DNA of 63,516 nucleotides, counting the filler, from Diploschistes diacapsis (lineage: Eukaryota): assembly GCA_023645945.1 (NCBI GenBank). It is 25 parts of 25 records of this genome, joined end to end, with 100 filler letters (N's around TTAATTAATTAA, not from the genome) between each part and the next. Parts side by side here need not be neighbours in the genome. Positions count along the whole stretch, not along the records: positions 1 to 18,484 come from JALAIB010000413.1; positions 18,585 to 37,059 come from JALAIB010000414.1; 23 more parts are not named here. One strand, given 5' to 3'. How positions within the stretch are numbered: the stretch's first letter is position 1; each line of letters starts with the position of its first letter. Positions 16,801 to 27,729 of this stretch are shown here, piece after piece. A program made the translations under genes and the position numbers. Under the pieces are notes generated by a model. It worked only from the letters and a program-made list of their open reading frames with translations. It was not told where the DNA came from and made no database searches.

Positions 16801-17761
16801 CGAGCCCCTGTCGGAGATTTGGGGGGCCGGGAAGGGTTGAGGGGCGTTGCTGGTTCCAGACGGCATCATCGTCCGGTTCATCGTAAGCGCCGTCCTCGGA
16901 CGAGTCGATGGCAGGAGCGGCAAGATGCGAACTCGAACGGCTCCCCCTTCTCTTCCTGTTGGATATATGATTGATGATGTCCCCGGTCCTTGTGGGCGAG
17001 TCACCGTGACCGTAGTTCTCTATCTGTACTCTGGGTGCTGGAAAGCGGCCTTGAATCTGGTCCAGGTTCGGACTCACATCCACTGAGCTACCGGTAGCAG
17101 CAGGGGTCTGAATCGAAACGGGTTGGGCGAAATTCATGCCGGTCGCATTAGAGGATGTATTTGTCCAGTTGCCGCCCCCAAGCAAGCGGTGCTGATGAAT
17201 TGGGATATCTCCACCCTCGAATCCGGACGGCGGACTTGCGGCGTCTGTAAGTTGGGGACTCATTAAGTTAGACGAGGACAGTGTCGCTAGGCCGGTCGAT
17301 TTCCGGGAGACTGTATTCGCGGAGCGACTCGTCGTACTAGTTGCGCTCAAAGGTTCCTCCAATGGTGCGAAATTAAAGTCACGCGAGTAGCCAGGATCAC
17401 CCATCTCGGCTGAGGGGAAATCACCAAACTTTGCTTCAAACTTTGCTTCCGTCAGGTAGGTATTGCTGAAGTCCGGTGGCTCAAACTCGTTCATGCCCAT
17501 AAGAAGGTCGTTGTGCTCCCCACCATCGAAGCTTGTATCCTCCGTTGAGAAGGGGCTGACGTCGGATGGAAAGGGCGCAAAGGTCGCGGAATGTGAAGTG
17601 TTGGTTGTGCTAGGGGCATCACGAGCCGTAGGTATCGGCGTCAACTGCTCTTCCTCGGGAGATGAAGGCAATACTGCATCACCGTGGACGTGATCCCTGA
17701 AGCCCGCAGCATCGTATTTGAGGGGGGTGTGAGAGCGGGCTGCAGACATTGCTCTGGACAT
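13868..17761 (-). CDS. Large intronless C2H2 zinc-finger protein (1297 aa)
   Basis: Single long ORF. FECPLC..DWSKHVHEDLQPFTCTFPTC..DWVRHENERH, WQCTDEGC..FVQHLVREH, CKFCG..KLTVHLARHMEQIS. Confidence 0.92.
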   Translation of the reverse strand: MSRAMSAARSHTPLKYDAAGFRDHVHGDAVLPSSPEEEQLTPIPTARDAPSTTNTSHSATFAPFPSDVSPFSTEDTSFDGGEHNDLLMGMNEFEPPDFSNTYLTEAKFEAKFGDFPSAEMGDPGYSRDFNFAPLEEPLSATSTTSRSANTVSRKSTGLATLSSSNLMSPQLTDAASPPSGFEGGDIPIHQHRLLGGGNWTNTSSNATGMNFAQPVSIQTPAATGSSVDVSPNLDQIQGRFPAPRVQIENYGHGDSPTRTGDIINHISNRKRRGSRSSSHLAAPAIDSSEDGAYDEPDDDAVWNQQRPSTLPGPPNLRQGLDPSQRATLDGRIVVSLRGQQKEAELNAKNAEVSQWLSNSDGVTPSNTGQPSPVAVSNRRHVAQRSRAKSTGNCAALQADAFVLSRSRRAAQDAAIPGPGLLVAEASEEEEDGGSARYTEEVPASVDNEGHYGEAADYFPLLPSEGPGAQDAHPWIDPISFPSQPGRVGQPGTSNEAMMRFAKRARDIETVSRAATWGTNPRRLSDSDLQRVFGAGGLFSRLSVGRHAEKEQDKENYKDDWRQFKESVEIRVLNFLPKRSASSAKRKQSEPTQPSPKDQSPTESARKDSTHKRKESLQSLHERKESLSVTFKRLPSVKRPKSPKLNTAGTALPPGGAYGRGQGPTSPSESHSPTHKHGVFRHAREMLSRHSSRDASEPNLATLWTQSGGPPLPNISSPPNAKEVAAGLTNGWAEDGEGDASEAVEERGVKMDLAPRHDFIIPTFDGFKMNVRDVNPRLPAYLVERIGQEQLRRYKKLVEFKVKHAQATRLDKCESRAHCVERGGVATYFPAKIARKEAMISNTESVPAGTGEVEDDEDAVQDGIVTEAQFPPGVPMPPVKRLPAEFECPLCFGVKKFTKPSDWSKHVHEDLQPFTCTFPTCPDPKSFKRKADWVRHENERHRQLEWWQCTDEGCAHQCYRRDNFVQHLVREHKMPEPKAKTIKPDNRPAVRGPAKTKGRGNKDYSAEDRVLMMVEKCRRETTKNPMDEPCKFCGNVCNTFKKLTVHLARHMEQISMPVLELVKMKDVTPDTIVSPIEAKLPQTSISPGVHASHRDSLSGSPFERPQNVSTMQEAPGAFAPIHVGSNFQQAQFNNDVPWMMTNTRVNIPLQVPTATEYDGGIANQWMHASSQYPNGQGTACHAMIMTSSTFPDHQAAVGSGVFHQLQTPMPHGVPVSFNDTGAYAVDMGQQPQFHIPEYMNNDSDMPANARRIGSHLHYAGKEQDACISTSNGQALYVGQQQQQPMHQHTQQQQYYGSS

Positions 17762-18484
17762 TGCCCTTTTGTATGAATCTTGAGAGTCCTAGGTACTGTG
17801 TTTTTCAGTACCCAACTAATGATAACTCGATGCTGCATAGAACTGCGATGCGTTCATCAGCGAGGCATTTTTGGTGCTTCGTCGAGCAGGCGAGCAGGCC
17901 GCAAGGCTGACACTCTGCACCCAGTTGGTTTTTGTTGCTTCCTTCACTTGCGTGCAGCAACTCCTGGGCAGCCGTTTTCACCAACTTGCAGAATCGGTTC
18001 GGTTGATCCGGCTCAATGATTTGGACGAGAGAGCTGTAGAAGAAGGAGAGAAATGGCCAGGAGATGCGGCTGATGGAGGTAGAGAGAGCCAAGCGCGGCA
18101 CGGAAGGAAGAAATGCGACGACGAGCGAGAATCGCAAGTCAATGCTAAAAGCAAATGGCAGTATATCCGGGTGAGGTAAGTGGACGATCTAGCAGCCAGG
18201 GGATGGGGGTTTGTACGTTGAAGAATGATCTTACCTCTCTTTCGTTCTATTATTGGCGACCTGCTATCATCTTCTCAACTGTCTAAATAGTCTCTTGTTA
18301 CGACCACGGGCCGTTGCTTATCGTAGTGTGCACATAGCTTTGAAAAATTACATGTAATTTTTACTATGATACTCTCAGACTACATATATTACCTAGAAAG
18401 TAGCTACCTTTGATGTAATATTTTACCCAGTATATATGATGGAGAACGTTGTGTGCGTATCAAGTGGGCAGGGAGGTTTTTAAG

Positions 18485-18584
18485 NNNNNNNNNNNNNNNN
18501 NNNNNNNNNNNNNNNNNNNNNNNNNNNNTTAATTAATTAANNNNNNNNNNNNNNNNNNNNNNNNNNNNNNNNNNNNNNNNNNNN
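18485..18584. other. Artificial contig linker N44-TTAATTAATTAA-N44, first of 24 identical linkers
   Basis: The identical 100-bp spacer with a six-frame stop core recurs at 37060, 38213, 39366, 40519 ... 62370. Flanking contigs decrease in length. Confidence 0.99.
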
Positions 18585-19552
18585 ACTCAAACTCATGCCC
18601 CACCCCCTCCCCCTTCCTCAGATTCCCCACCATCGCCTCCGCCGTGATCAGATGATCGCTCGCCCGCGTCGCCACACAGAACACCGCATCCCGCAGCCCC
18701 GGTGCCTCCGCGCCCCTGCGCAATACATCCTCCTCCTTGACCCCGCACTCCGCCATGATGTCGAGCGGCAGCGTCACGACGCCCTGCTGCGCCCGGCTCC
18801 GCTGGCTTGCAAGCACGTCCCCGAGCCCCGCGTTGTTGGAGTGGTGGTTCGTCGGCCCGGGGAACGCGAGAAGCGGGAGCCCACGCAGCACCGCGACGAT
18901 GCCGGCGGCTTTGCCGATGTGGCTGGCGACGTGGTCGGCTGTCACGGAGGTCAGGGGGAGGGCTTGCAGTGTGAGGTAGAGGAGCGTGCTGTAGGTGTTT
19001 TCGGCGTAGCGCTCTAGGGCGTCAAGGGTTGGGTAGGGGTTGTTGTGGAGGTATTGTTCGCGGGCGGAGAGGATGCGGAGGAGCCAGGGTTTGCTGATAG
19101 GGGTGGTGCTCAGGATGGAGGAGAGGAGGAGGGAGACGGGTTGCTTGGGGGGGTGGCCGGAGTAGGTTTTGTGGATGCTGTCGCGCCAGAATTGCAGGCG
19201 GAGAGCGCCGACGTTGGGGGTGGAGACGGTGTCGGGGATGCGCGCGAGTTCGAGGTTGAAGGCGCGGAGGAAGAGGTAGGCGGGTTGGACGTTGGTGGGG
19301 AGGAAGGCGAGGAGGGTGTAGGAGGGGGTATCGTATTTTCTGAGGGGTGTGGGTCGTGATTGGGGTTGGAGGGGTGGAAAGGACGAACCGTAGAAGGTTA
19401 GTGCAGTATGATTTGGCCGATCGGATCTCGGCTTCAGAGGGGGTTTTGGAGGGAGCGGGACTGTAGCCTGATGTCGAGCTCGATCTTCTGGAGGCTTTGG
19501 TAAGGTGCTTAGCGCATTGCTGTTGTGACCGCAGGATGGAAAAACGTTGCAT
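18585..19552 (-). CDS. NDUFAF6: NDUFAF6-like complex I assembly factor (squalene/phytoene synthase fold). Intron 19340-19388; 3' end cut by the contig end
   Basis: Arg/Ser-rich presequence-like N-terminus. Spliced YCTNLLRKYDTPSY..LRAFNLELARIPDTVS..GALRLQFWRDSI; ADHVASHIGKAAGIVAVLRGLP; VATRASDHLITA. Confidence 0.88.
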
Positions 19553-19702
19553 TATCGTCCGGAGAGCTCTAGCATAGCGAGGAATTGGGTGAAAGTTGAT
19601 CGAATTTTTTGGGCGCTGCCCGAAAGATGGCACACAGCATCCTGAGAAATTTAATTTTGGATACAATATGTAGTAATGTTACGTCACAGACTCGTGATCT
19701 TC

Positions 19703-19720
19703 ACGCGTCGGGTCGCGTCG
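19703..19720. promoter_or_regulatory. Paired MCB-like (MluI cell-cycle box) sites in the divergent NDUFAF6/RAD5 promoter
   Basis: ACGCGTCG at 19703 and TCGCGTCG at 19713, about 80-95 bp upstream of the RAD5 ATG. MCB pairs are typical of MBF-regulated replication and repair genes. Confidence 0.55.
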
Positions 19721-19796
19721 CCGTACCAATACCAGAATTTTGGTGTATGAAGAGCATGGCATATTAGGGATCCAACAACGAGAGAACTTTCGCGAG

Positions 19797-22700
19797 ATGA
19801 GTTTCAGTCAGCCAGAAGGGCCTCCAGTAAAGAAAAGGCGCTTCTTTGACATCGAGCCAGATCTTTCCCCTGCGCCGAAATCGCCAAAACTCTCCAAGGC
19901 TACCTCGTCAACTTCAGACAATGGAGGTCGGGAAGATGAAGGCTTTAGCAATACCCACAATAGCCAGCTTCCAAATGGCTCAGCCAATGGTGCTTCTACG
20001 GGATCGACGAATTTTGATCAGATGCTTTTCGAGAGTATTGTTGGGGAGGTCCCTAAGAATACCCTCAAGGCGTTAAAAGATGTTTCCGGAAATAGTACCG
20101 AACGAGCCATTAACATGTATCTCGATGGATCGTGGCAGATTTCTGTACCATCGCGGCCCTCTATCGCAACTTCTGCTAGGCCTCAAGCTCAAAACTCGAA
20201 GAATGCAATTGCTGAGCAACCGCCCAAGAAAGGCCCACCGGTCGTCCTTGATAACATGCCTGAACACCGCTATATTGGTGCTTTTGGAGTTGGGGGATGG
20301 GCTACGAAAAGCGGAACGGGGCTTTTGAAGCATGGGGAGCCTGTCCGAATAGAAAGGGCGAAACCGAGGCAAACCAAAACCGGAAGAGGGGGGAGACCGA
20401 TTCCGTTGAGCAGACAGAAGGCAGATATAGTGGTTAGGTTTACGAATGATAGAGGTCAAGAAATTGGGAGACTACCCCAGGATACTGCTGCTTGGGTATC
20501 GTGCTTGATTGATGCCCATGTTTGCCATTTTGAAGGGACTTGTGTATTTGCTCCGGACAAAGTACGCATTAACGATACCATATACCTGCAGCTCAGATGT
20601 TCTCTCCTTCGAAGAATCTTTGACTCCGAAGCATTCATCAAACCCATCGACAATAACCGAGCTTCAGGCTTCTTCGAGGAAAACGAAACGAGCGAGGAGC
20701 AGGAACTTCGATTACGGCAGGTTGCTTTGGTGAAACTTTTCGACGAAATCAACCTCACCGCTTCTTCCTCGAACGATATTGCACAGAAAAATCGAGATGG
20801 CATTCTTCAGGCGGCCGAGGTAGCCGAGCAGCATGAAAAGCAAGATCGGGAGAAGAAAGATAGGGCTACACCTAATGGTGGGTCAACGCCTTCTGAGGAA
20901 GAAGTTCCGGAAGAAGGCAAAGAGCTGGAGCAAGATCAACTGGACTCTCTGTACAAAAAGGCGCAGTCGTTTGACTTTGAAACGCCGGAACAACACCCGG
21001 CCGACAACTTTGTCCTCGAGTTACGGAAATATCAGAAGCAAGCACTCCACTGGATGATGAGTAAAGAAAGGGATGAGAAGACGAATGATGCTCAAAAATC
21101 TATGCACCCTTTGTGGGAAGAATATCGTTGGCCGGAGAAGGACGTCGACGACAAAGAGCTGCCGAGGGTAGATGGCCAGGGATGCTTTTACGTCAACCTT
21201 TATTCTGGGGAGCTCACCCTCGAATTCCCAACCCAAGAGCAGCACTGTCTTGGTGGTGTATTAGCAGACGAGATGGGCCTCGGCAAGACGATTGAATGCT
21301 TGAGTTTAATACATTCGAACAAGTCAGAAGTAGCTCAGGCGCTCGAGCAGGCACCACCTCCGTCGACATCCCATCTTCCTAGGCTGCCGATGAGGAATAA
21401 GATCGAATCAGCCCCGTGCACAACGTTAGTGGTAGCGCCAATGTCGTTGCTCGCACAATGGGAAAGCGAAGCAGTCAAGGCATCTAAACCAGGAACACTC
21501 AGATCTCTCATGTATTATGGTCCAGACAAGGCAACAAACTTGCAGAACATCTGCTGCGAAGCAAACGCTGGTTCGGCGCCAAACCTGGTGATTACGAGCT
21601 ACGGTGTTATCTTATCCGAGTTTACTCAGATTGCTGTTAATGGTGGCGATCGGGTGTCGCAGGGTGGCCTGTTCTCGCTAGACTTTTTCCGCATCATTCT
21701 CGACGAAGCCCACTTCATCAAGAACAGGCAGTCCAAGACAGCAAAGGCGTGCTACGAGCTTAATGCTCGTCATCGCTGGGTGCTCACGGGTACACCCATC
21801 GTCAACCGTCTGGAGGACCTGTTCTCCCTCGTTCGATTTCTGCGCGTGGAACCATGGTCGAATTTCTCGTTCTGGAAGACTTTCATTACCACTCCGTTCG
21901 AGTCAGGTAACTTCATCCGAGCGCTCAACGTTGTACAGACCGTGCTCGAGCCACTGGTCATCCGACGCACAAAGGACATGAAGACACCTGAAGGCGAGCC
22001 GCTGGTTCCTCTTCCTCCTCGATCGATCGAAGTTGAAGAGCTCCAGCTGTCAAAAGCTGAGCAAGAAGTATACGATTACATTTATACCCGAGCCAAGCGA
22101 ACCTTTAACGCGACCATGGAAGCCGGCAACGTCCTCAAATCTTACACTACCATCTTTGCTCAGATCCTGAGGTTGCGGCAATCGTGCTGTCACCCAGTCT
22201 TGACGCGGAACAAGGCTATTGCGACTGAAGAGGAAGAAGCTGCTGCTGCATCAGATATAGCAAATGGTCTGGCCGATGATATGGATCTTCAATCTTTGAT
22301 CGACCGATTCGAGAGCGAAGAGTCGGAGCAAGACGCTAATAAATTTGGAGCTCATGTGCTGAAACAAATCCAAGACGAAGCTGAGCACGAGTGTCCATTA
22401 TGCTTTGAGGAGCCAATGATAAATCCAGCTGTGACTGGCTGCTGGCACAGTGCGTGCAAGAATTGCCTGCTTGATTTTATTGATCACGAAAAAGACAAGC
22501 ATCGTCTGCCACTGTGTTTCAACTGCCGGGAGCCAATAAACCAGAGGGACGTTTTCGAAATTATCCATCACGACGATGACCTTGATGCAGATGTTGCTCA
22601 GCAGCAACAGAAGACTCCGATACAAGTACGCAATACGTACTTTGCTAACGGCAATGGCACTGAAGTGGACGCCGATGATCTGTACAACTCCTCCCCAGTC

Positions 22701-23417
22701 ACCTCTCCAAGGAAGAGAACCCTCGTTGCGCAGACTTCGAGCCCCGACGCCGCCTCCAAGCGCATCTCCCTCCGCCGTATAGGTGCAAACGGCTCCGCCA
22801 AAATCGCAGCCCTTATCTCTCACCTCAAACGGCTCCGCCGCACAGCACCGGGCACCAAATCCGTCGTCTTCTCACAATTCACGTCCTTCCTCGACCTCAT
22901 CGGACCGGCTCTCGCGCGCGAGGGCATCACGTTCCTCCGCTTCGACGGCGCCATGAGCCAAAAGGCGCGAGCGGCTGTTCTTACGGACTTCTCCGCCGAC
23001 AACTCCTTGGACAGTAAAACGAAGGGCAGAGGCAAGGGACCAAAGGGCGGCGCTTCCGTCTTGCTGCTGAGTCTGCGCGCGGGTGGCGTGGGGCTTAACC
23101 TGACGGTAGCCAAAAGGGTGTTCATGATGGATCCGTGGTGGAGCTTTGCGGTCGAGGCGCAGGCTATTGATCGCGTACATCGCATGGGGCAGGACCAGGA
23201 GGTGAAGGTCGTGAGGTTTGTGGCGCGGGAGAGCATTGAGAAGAGGATGCTAAAGGTGCAGGACAGGAAGAGGTTTATGTGAGTGTTACTGTGCGTTAAT
23301 AAGGCCCTTCGAGCGTTGGCTGACATACATTGCTCTAGTGCGAGTTCTCTTGGCATGATGAGCGAGGAGGAAAAGAAGATGCAACAGATCGAGGATATCA
23401 AAGAGCTGCTGGCTTGA
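19797..23417 (+). CDS. RAD5: Rad5 HIRAN/SNF2 helicase/RING E3 ligase. Intron 23279-23338
   Basis: HIRAN region (YIGAFGVGGWATKSG..VRFTN..EIGRLP), LRKYQKQALHWM, ADEMGLGKT, LDEAH, RING CPLC..CWHSAC..C..CFNC, QAIDRVHRMGQ, and spliced end FIASSLGMMSEEEKK..IKELLA*. Confidence 0.96.
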
Positions 23418-24248
23418 TCTAACCGAGTGAACGACCTAGCAGGAGGCATTATACTGAGGGCAGTTAGCGACGCTCGTTCCATTGGCACCTTTTGCTATGA
23501 TTTTAGCAGTGCTTAAAAGATATTGATTGCATGGCTTGGTTGCATGGCATAACAGGGATGGAGTAGTATTGGGACCACACGCAGCGTGAACAGGAAGCGT
23601 CACCAAAAAGATAAAGGATTGATCTCGAAACCATAGATTTCCCACTACATTCACAGAGATAACTAAAACTCCCTTAATAAATTTGAATCGACATAAAGCT
23701 TTGCAAACCCTTCTCACGTGATTAACTTTTAGGTCTAGCCAAGCTTCCACCCCGCTCCCCCCGCAATCCTTCAGCATTCACTCAGACGTTTCCCGCATAC
23801 GAAGCACAAACTGTACAATAATGATGCAACATTCCTCCAGCTCTGGCCCAGGCGGGCAACGGAGTTCTTGCAGACTTGGGATAAGCGTTGCGGGGGGCTC
23901 TGCGGGCTGGTGGGTGGGGTTGGAAAGTACGAAGTACAATACAACACTGTATAGGAGCTTGTTTTGTGGATCGGGAGGATTTGGCTACGTTCGTTCGTTC
24001 GTTGGGTGCTGGGGAGGATGCAACGTAAAGGGTATTTTAGACTGTACGCTGGATGGACGGTGCCTACTTTGCGGTGATGTACTTACTGGGCGAGGAGTTA
24101 CTTCGTGCCATATACTTTCGTGCCATGTTGTTCGATGCTTGAGAGTGTTTCTGGAAGTGCTTAGCCTTTCCTGTAAAAGCTTTGTATATATTGTTGTTGC
24201 GTGATAGCTCTTTTTCCCAAATCTGATATCCCACGTGCCAGCCCCAGC

Positions 24249-25439
24249 ATGAAGCTCTCACTCCTCGGCCTCGTGGCCAGCGCTACAGCCTCGCTGGCGT
24301 TCGGCCAGCTCGAGATACGCGCGAACAGCTCCATCTACACAAATCCCATCCTCAACCAAACGGCAGCCGACCCGTGAGCTTTATACTCCCTCCCCCCCCA
24401 TACCAGCGGCGCCGCAACGAAGACAGATACTAACCGAGAACCTCCATCCAGCTGGGTGATCCGCCACGGCGACTACTACTACATGACCTACACCACCGGG
24501 TCCAACAACCTCACGCTCCTCCGCAGCAGCGTCCTAACAGACTGGAACTCCGCCGCCACCAAACTCATCCTCTCCCCACCGCCCGGGCTCCCCTACTCAA
24601 CCGACATCTGGGCCCCGGAGCTCCACCAGATCAACAACGCCTGGTATATCATCTTCACCGCGACCCCCGACTCCGACAACCCCTCACCACAGGACACCAT
24701 GTACTGCCCCTACGACTGCCCGGCGCTGAACCACCGGATGTTCGTGCTGGAGAACAACGCCTCAGACCCCTTCTCAGGCAGCTTCAGCTTCAAGGGCATG
24801 CTGGACACCTACGACCAGTTCGCCATCGACGGCACCTACTTCCAGCACGCCTCGGGCCTGTACCACGTCTACAGCTGCTGGGAAACGGCGCACGCGGCCT
24901 GGCCCAGCAACCTGTGCATCACGAAGCTCGCGAACCCGTGGACCGTCTCCAGCAACTTCTCCGACCGCCAGGTCATCAGCACGCCCTCGGAGCCGTGGGA
25001 GAAAACGCCCTATGGCCGGCAGCTCAACGACCGGCTCTCGTCGAACGAGGGCCCGGAGCAGCTCGTCAACAACGCGACGGGCCAGAACTTCATCGTCTAC
25101 TCTGCCGCACGGTCGGATAACAGGAACTATTGCCTCGGCCGGCTGGAGCTCGTGGGGCCGGACCCGATGAATCAGCAGGACTGGGTCAAAGACACGGCGG
25201 GGTGCGTGTTCTATCAGAATCCGATGGAGAGCGCGTATGGGGTCGGCCATGCGAGTTTTACGACGAGCCCGGATGGGAGCGAGGATTGGATCGTGTACCA
25301 TGGGATGCTGGATCCGACGGATGGCTGGAGTGCGAGGACGATTAGGACGCAGAGGTTTGGGTGGAATGCGGGCGATGGGACGCCAGTGTTTCCGAGGCCT
25401 GGGTATGGGCCGTATCAGGTGCCGAGTGGGCAGGATTAA
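24249..25439 (+). CDS. Secreted glycoside hydrolase family 43 (arabinofuranosidase/xylosidase-like). Intron 24374-24451
   Basis: Signal peptide MKLSLLGLVASATASLAFG. YTNPIL..ADPW (catalytic base), IWAPELH, AIDG, NEGP (catalytic acid), YGVGHASF..DWIVYHG. Confidence 0.92.
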
Positions 25440-26178
25440 AGGGCGGCCGCTGGGGCCGTTTTGAGGGGGTTTGGTGGGATAGGTAGGATGTTTGGAAAGA
25501 GATGCAGATGTGTGGATGGCTTGATTGGGGATGAAGTAGTGAAGTGATGCTGAACTGCATCATTTAAGCTTGCGAGCACGGTGTGCCGCAATAGCGTGGT
25601 TATAAGCAAGCTTCACGTGCCTTTGGCATTGGTAGCGCATATTGAAGAATTTCCTGGCCGAGAGCAGCTGGCAGAAGAAAAGAAATGGCTTGTGCTTGGT
25701 TTGATCAGTACCTCTGCGGAATTCGTTAGTATACTAACAGCTTGACAGGCACATACGGAAGGATCATGTAAGCGAGTACAAACTAAGCAAATAACATTAA
25801 TAGTATGGTGTCGATCTCTGTGCCTAATCAGATGTCATCGCTTTCAGGCGGTGTCTTTTATAGTTTTGTACCAGAAATTGGTTCTCCAAGTACATTGCAA
25901 GAGGTCATTGCTGCAATTCTTGATATAAGGCTGTATTTCTGCCATATGTTCAGAGCACCCAGTGCGTAGTGCTGTTAGAGAACATCTTTTCCTCAAAATC
26001 GTGGCCGTAATAGTAGACTTCGCAGGTCTGTTTCTCAATGTGCCAAAGTGCTCCACCAACAGATATAAACACTTGATAAGACTTAATAAGTCATTGCAGG
26101 CCAAGCTGGTGCAGATCCTTTGATTGCACTTGTCCTCGGTGTTATTTGTCAATTCCGTATCTGTGGACCGATGCTGTC

Positions 26179-27057
26179 TCACGGACTTGGCGTCTTTGGT
26201 GGAGTTGGTGTCCTCGGGCGCGGCGACAAGAACCCGTCTGCATCCAAGTATTGTGCTTTGCCCGGGGTTGAGGTCCCTCCTCCTCTTGGAGGACTCATCC
26301 CTTTTGTAGTCAATTTCAGTTCGGGCTTCGATGGAGGATGTAGCAGCTGTTGCGGTTTCAGCTGGCCGCCTGGAGTCGCCGAACGCCCGCGCTTTGGTGG
26401 GGAGGGGGACTCGCTCTTTCGGAAGCTCTTAGCGCACTGCAGCATATCTTGGGCGGCAGAACTCACTTTGCGCAGGCTGAACCTGTTAGAATTTTCCTTC
26501 ACTAAGTGTTCCTTGACGGCATCGAGCTCTTTCTCAAATGCATCCGCTTTGGCGTGAAAATCGGTGAAAGGCGCGGTCCGCAGCAATTGGACTTCATAGC
26601 GCCAGATGGCTTGCCAGCTCCGCATTTGGGTAATCTCCTGTTCTTCGCTCAGCGCAGCGGCCTGTGGAACATGTTTCTCATAGGCTCGGTTGCCTGCTTT
26701 TCGGAAATCGAGCGGTGATGTGGACTTCATGATGAGCTTGAGATATGGATTGCTCTGTTCGTTTTTGCGATCTTCCCTCTGAATCGATCGGCACGTCTCT
26801 TCGAGGTTGTCTACCGAATACTTCGGTTCGTCTACCGTCGCAAAGTCTGGAACTGTCTCCAACATCTGGCGTATCTTTCTAGGCGCAAAGCCAGCCAGGT
26901 AATAAGTAACAAGTGCATTGAATACGATGCCCGAGACGTCGGTAGGGCTTTCATGTAGCACTGGGGGCTCCTGGGAAATTGTAGAGCTCTCATGTAGCGC
27001 AGGGGGCTCCTGAGACATTGTAGGCCTTTCATTTATTGCTGGGGGTTCTTGAGACAT
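26179..27057 (-). CDS. Hypothetical protein with three N-terminal 13-aa repeats; both ends may have extra exons
   Basis: 292-aa ORF in an otherwise empty interval. No family recognised. Confidence 0.55.
   Translation of the reverse strand: MSQEPPAINERPTMSQEPPALHESSTISQEPPVLHESPTDVSGIVFNALVTYYLAGFAPRKIRQMLETVPDFATVDEPKYSVDNLEETCRSIQREDRKNEQSNPYLKLIMKSTSPLDFRKAGNRAYEKHVPQAAALSEEQEITQMRSWQAIWRYEVQLLRTAPFTDFHAKADAFEKELDAVKEHLVKENSNRFSLRKVSSAAQDMLQCAKSFRKSESPSPPKRGRSATPGGQLKPQQLLHPPSKPELKLTTKGMSPPRGGGTSTPGKAQYLDADGFLSPRPRTPTPPKTPSP
26941..27057 (-). repeat. 3 x 39-bp coding tandem repeat
   Basis: MSQEPPAINERPT / MSQEPPALHESST / ISQEPPVLHESPT. Confidence 0.9.
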
Positions 27058-27729
27058 TGTAGCTTCGTTTGATGAGTTTAGTTCCTTCTGGATATGATCT
27101 TTTGGTGCGGAGAGTTGTAGCGTAGTTCTGACAGGAAACGGATATGGAAGGGCATAGAGATGGAACTTAAGTAAGGGAAAGCGATCTTCATGCCATCATG
27201 AAATCAGCACAGAGTCTGAAAGTCATTGTCATTCATCATTGTTCCGGGAACTAGACAATTATCTCATCAGTCTTTGTCACATTATTCTGAGTATCAAACA
27301 GCATAGACAACTGAGAGCTTGAGGGTTAAGGTAATGATATAGCACAGGTTGGGTCCAAAAGCGCCCGGTCAGCATTCAAATAGAGTGAAGCGCAGCTGGA
27401 ACTGAGTATGACAGATGTAGAAAAGAGACACGAGTCCGAATTTCCGTTGCCGAAGTATACGAACACCGCGAGGCAGTGCATAATCGCAAGTAAAACGACG
27501 CTGTGGTCGCAAAGCTGACTTGATTTGCATTTATCCAAGGAATCAAGCTTTTGCCAAGATGTGCCAAGACTTTAGTTCTCGGGCGTCATTGTCCCTGCAG
27601 ATATGTGTTTGTATGAGTTCTCTTGGGGACAACACTCCTTTCTCTACAAGATTCTACTTTTGTGCTGCTGTCTTGAAGATCAATTGCTAGGAGATAGCAC
27701 TCTGTCTCATTGCAAACCCATGCCAAAGC

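Noticed and set aside
5357..23417. RAD26 + RAD5 as a SNF2 repair cluster
   Set aside because: They lie on different contigs separated by an artificial linker.
24249..25439. GH43 as a recent bacterial transfer because of its high GC
   Set aside because: It has a spliceosomal intron and a signal peptide, and the same GC-island pattern affects native genes such as MIP1 and RAD5.
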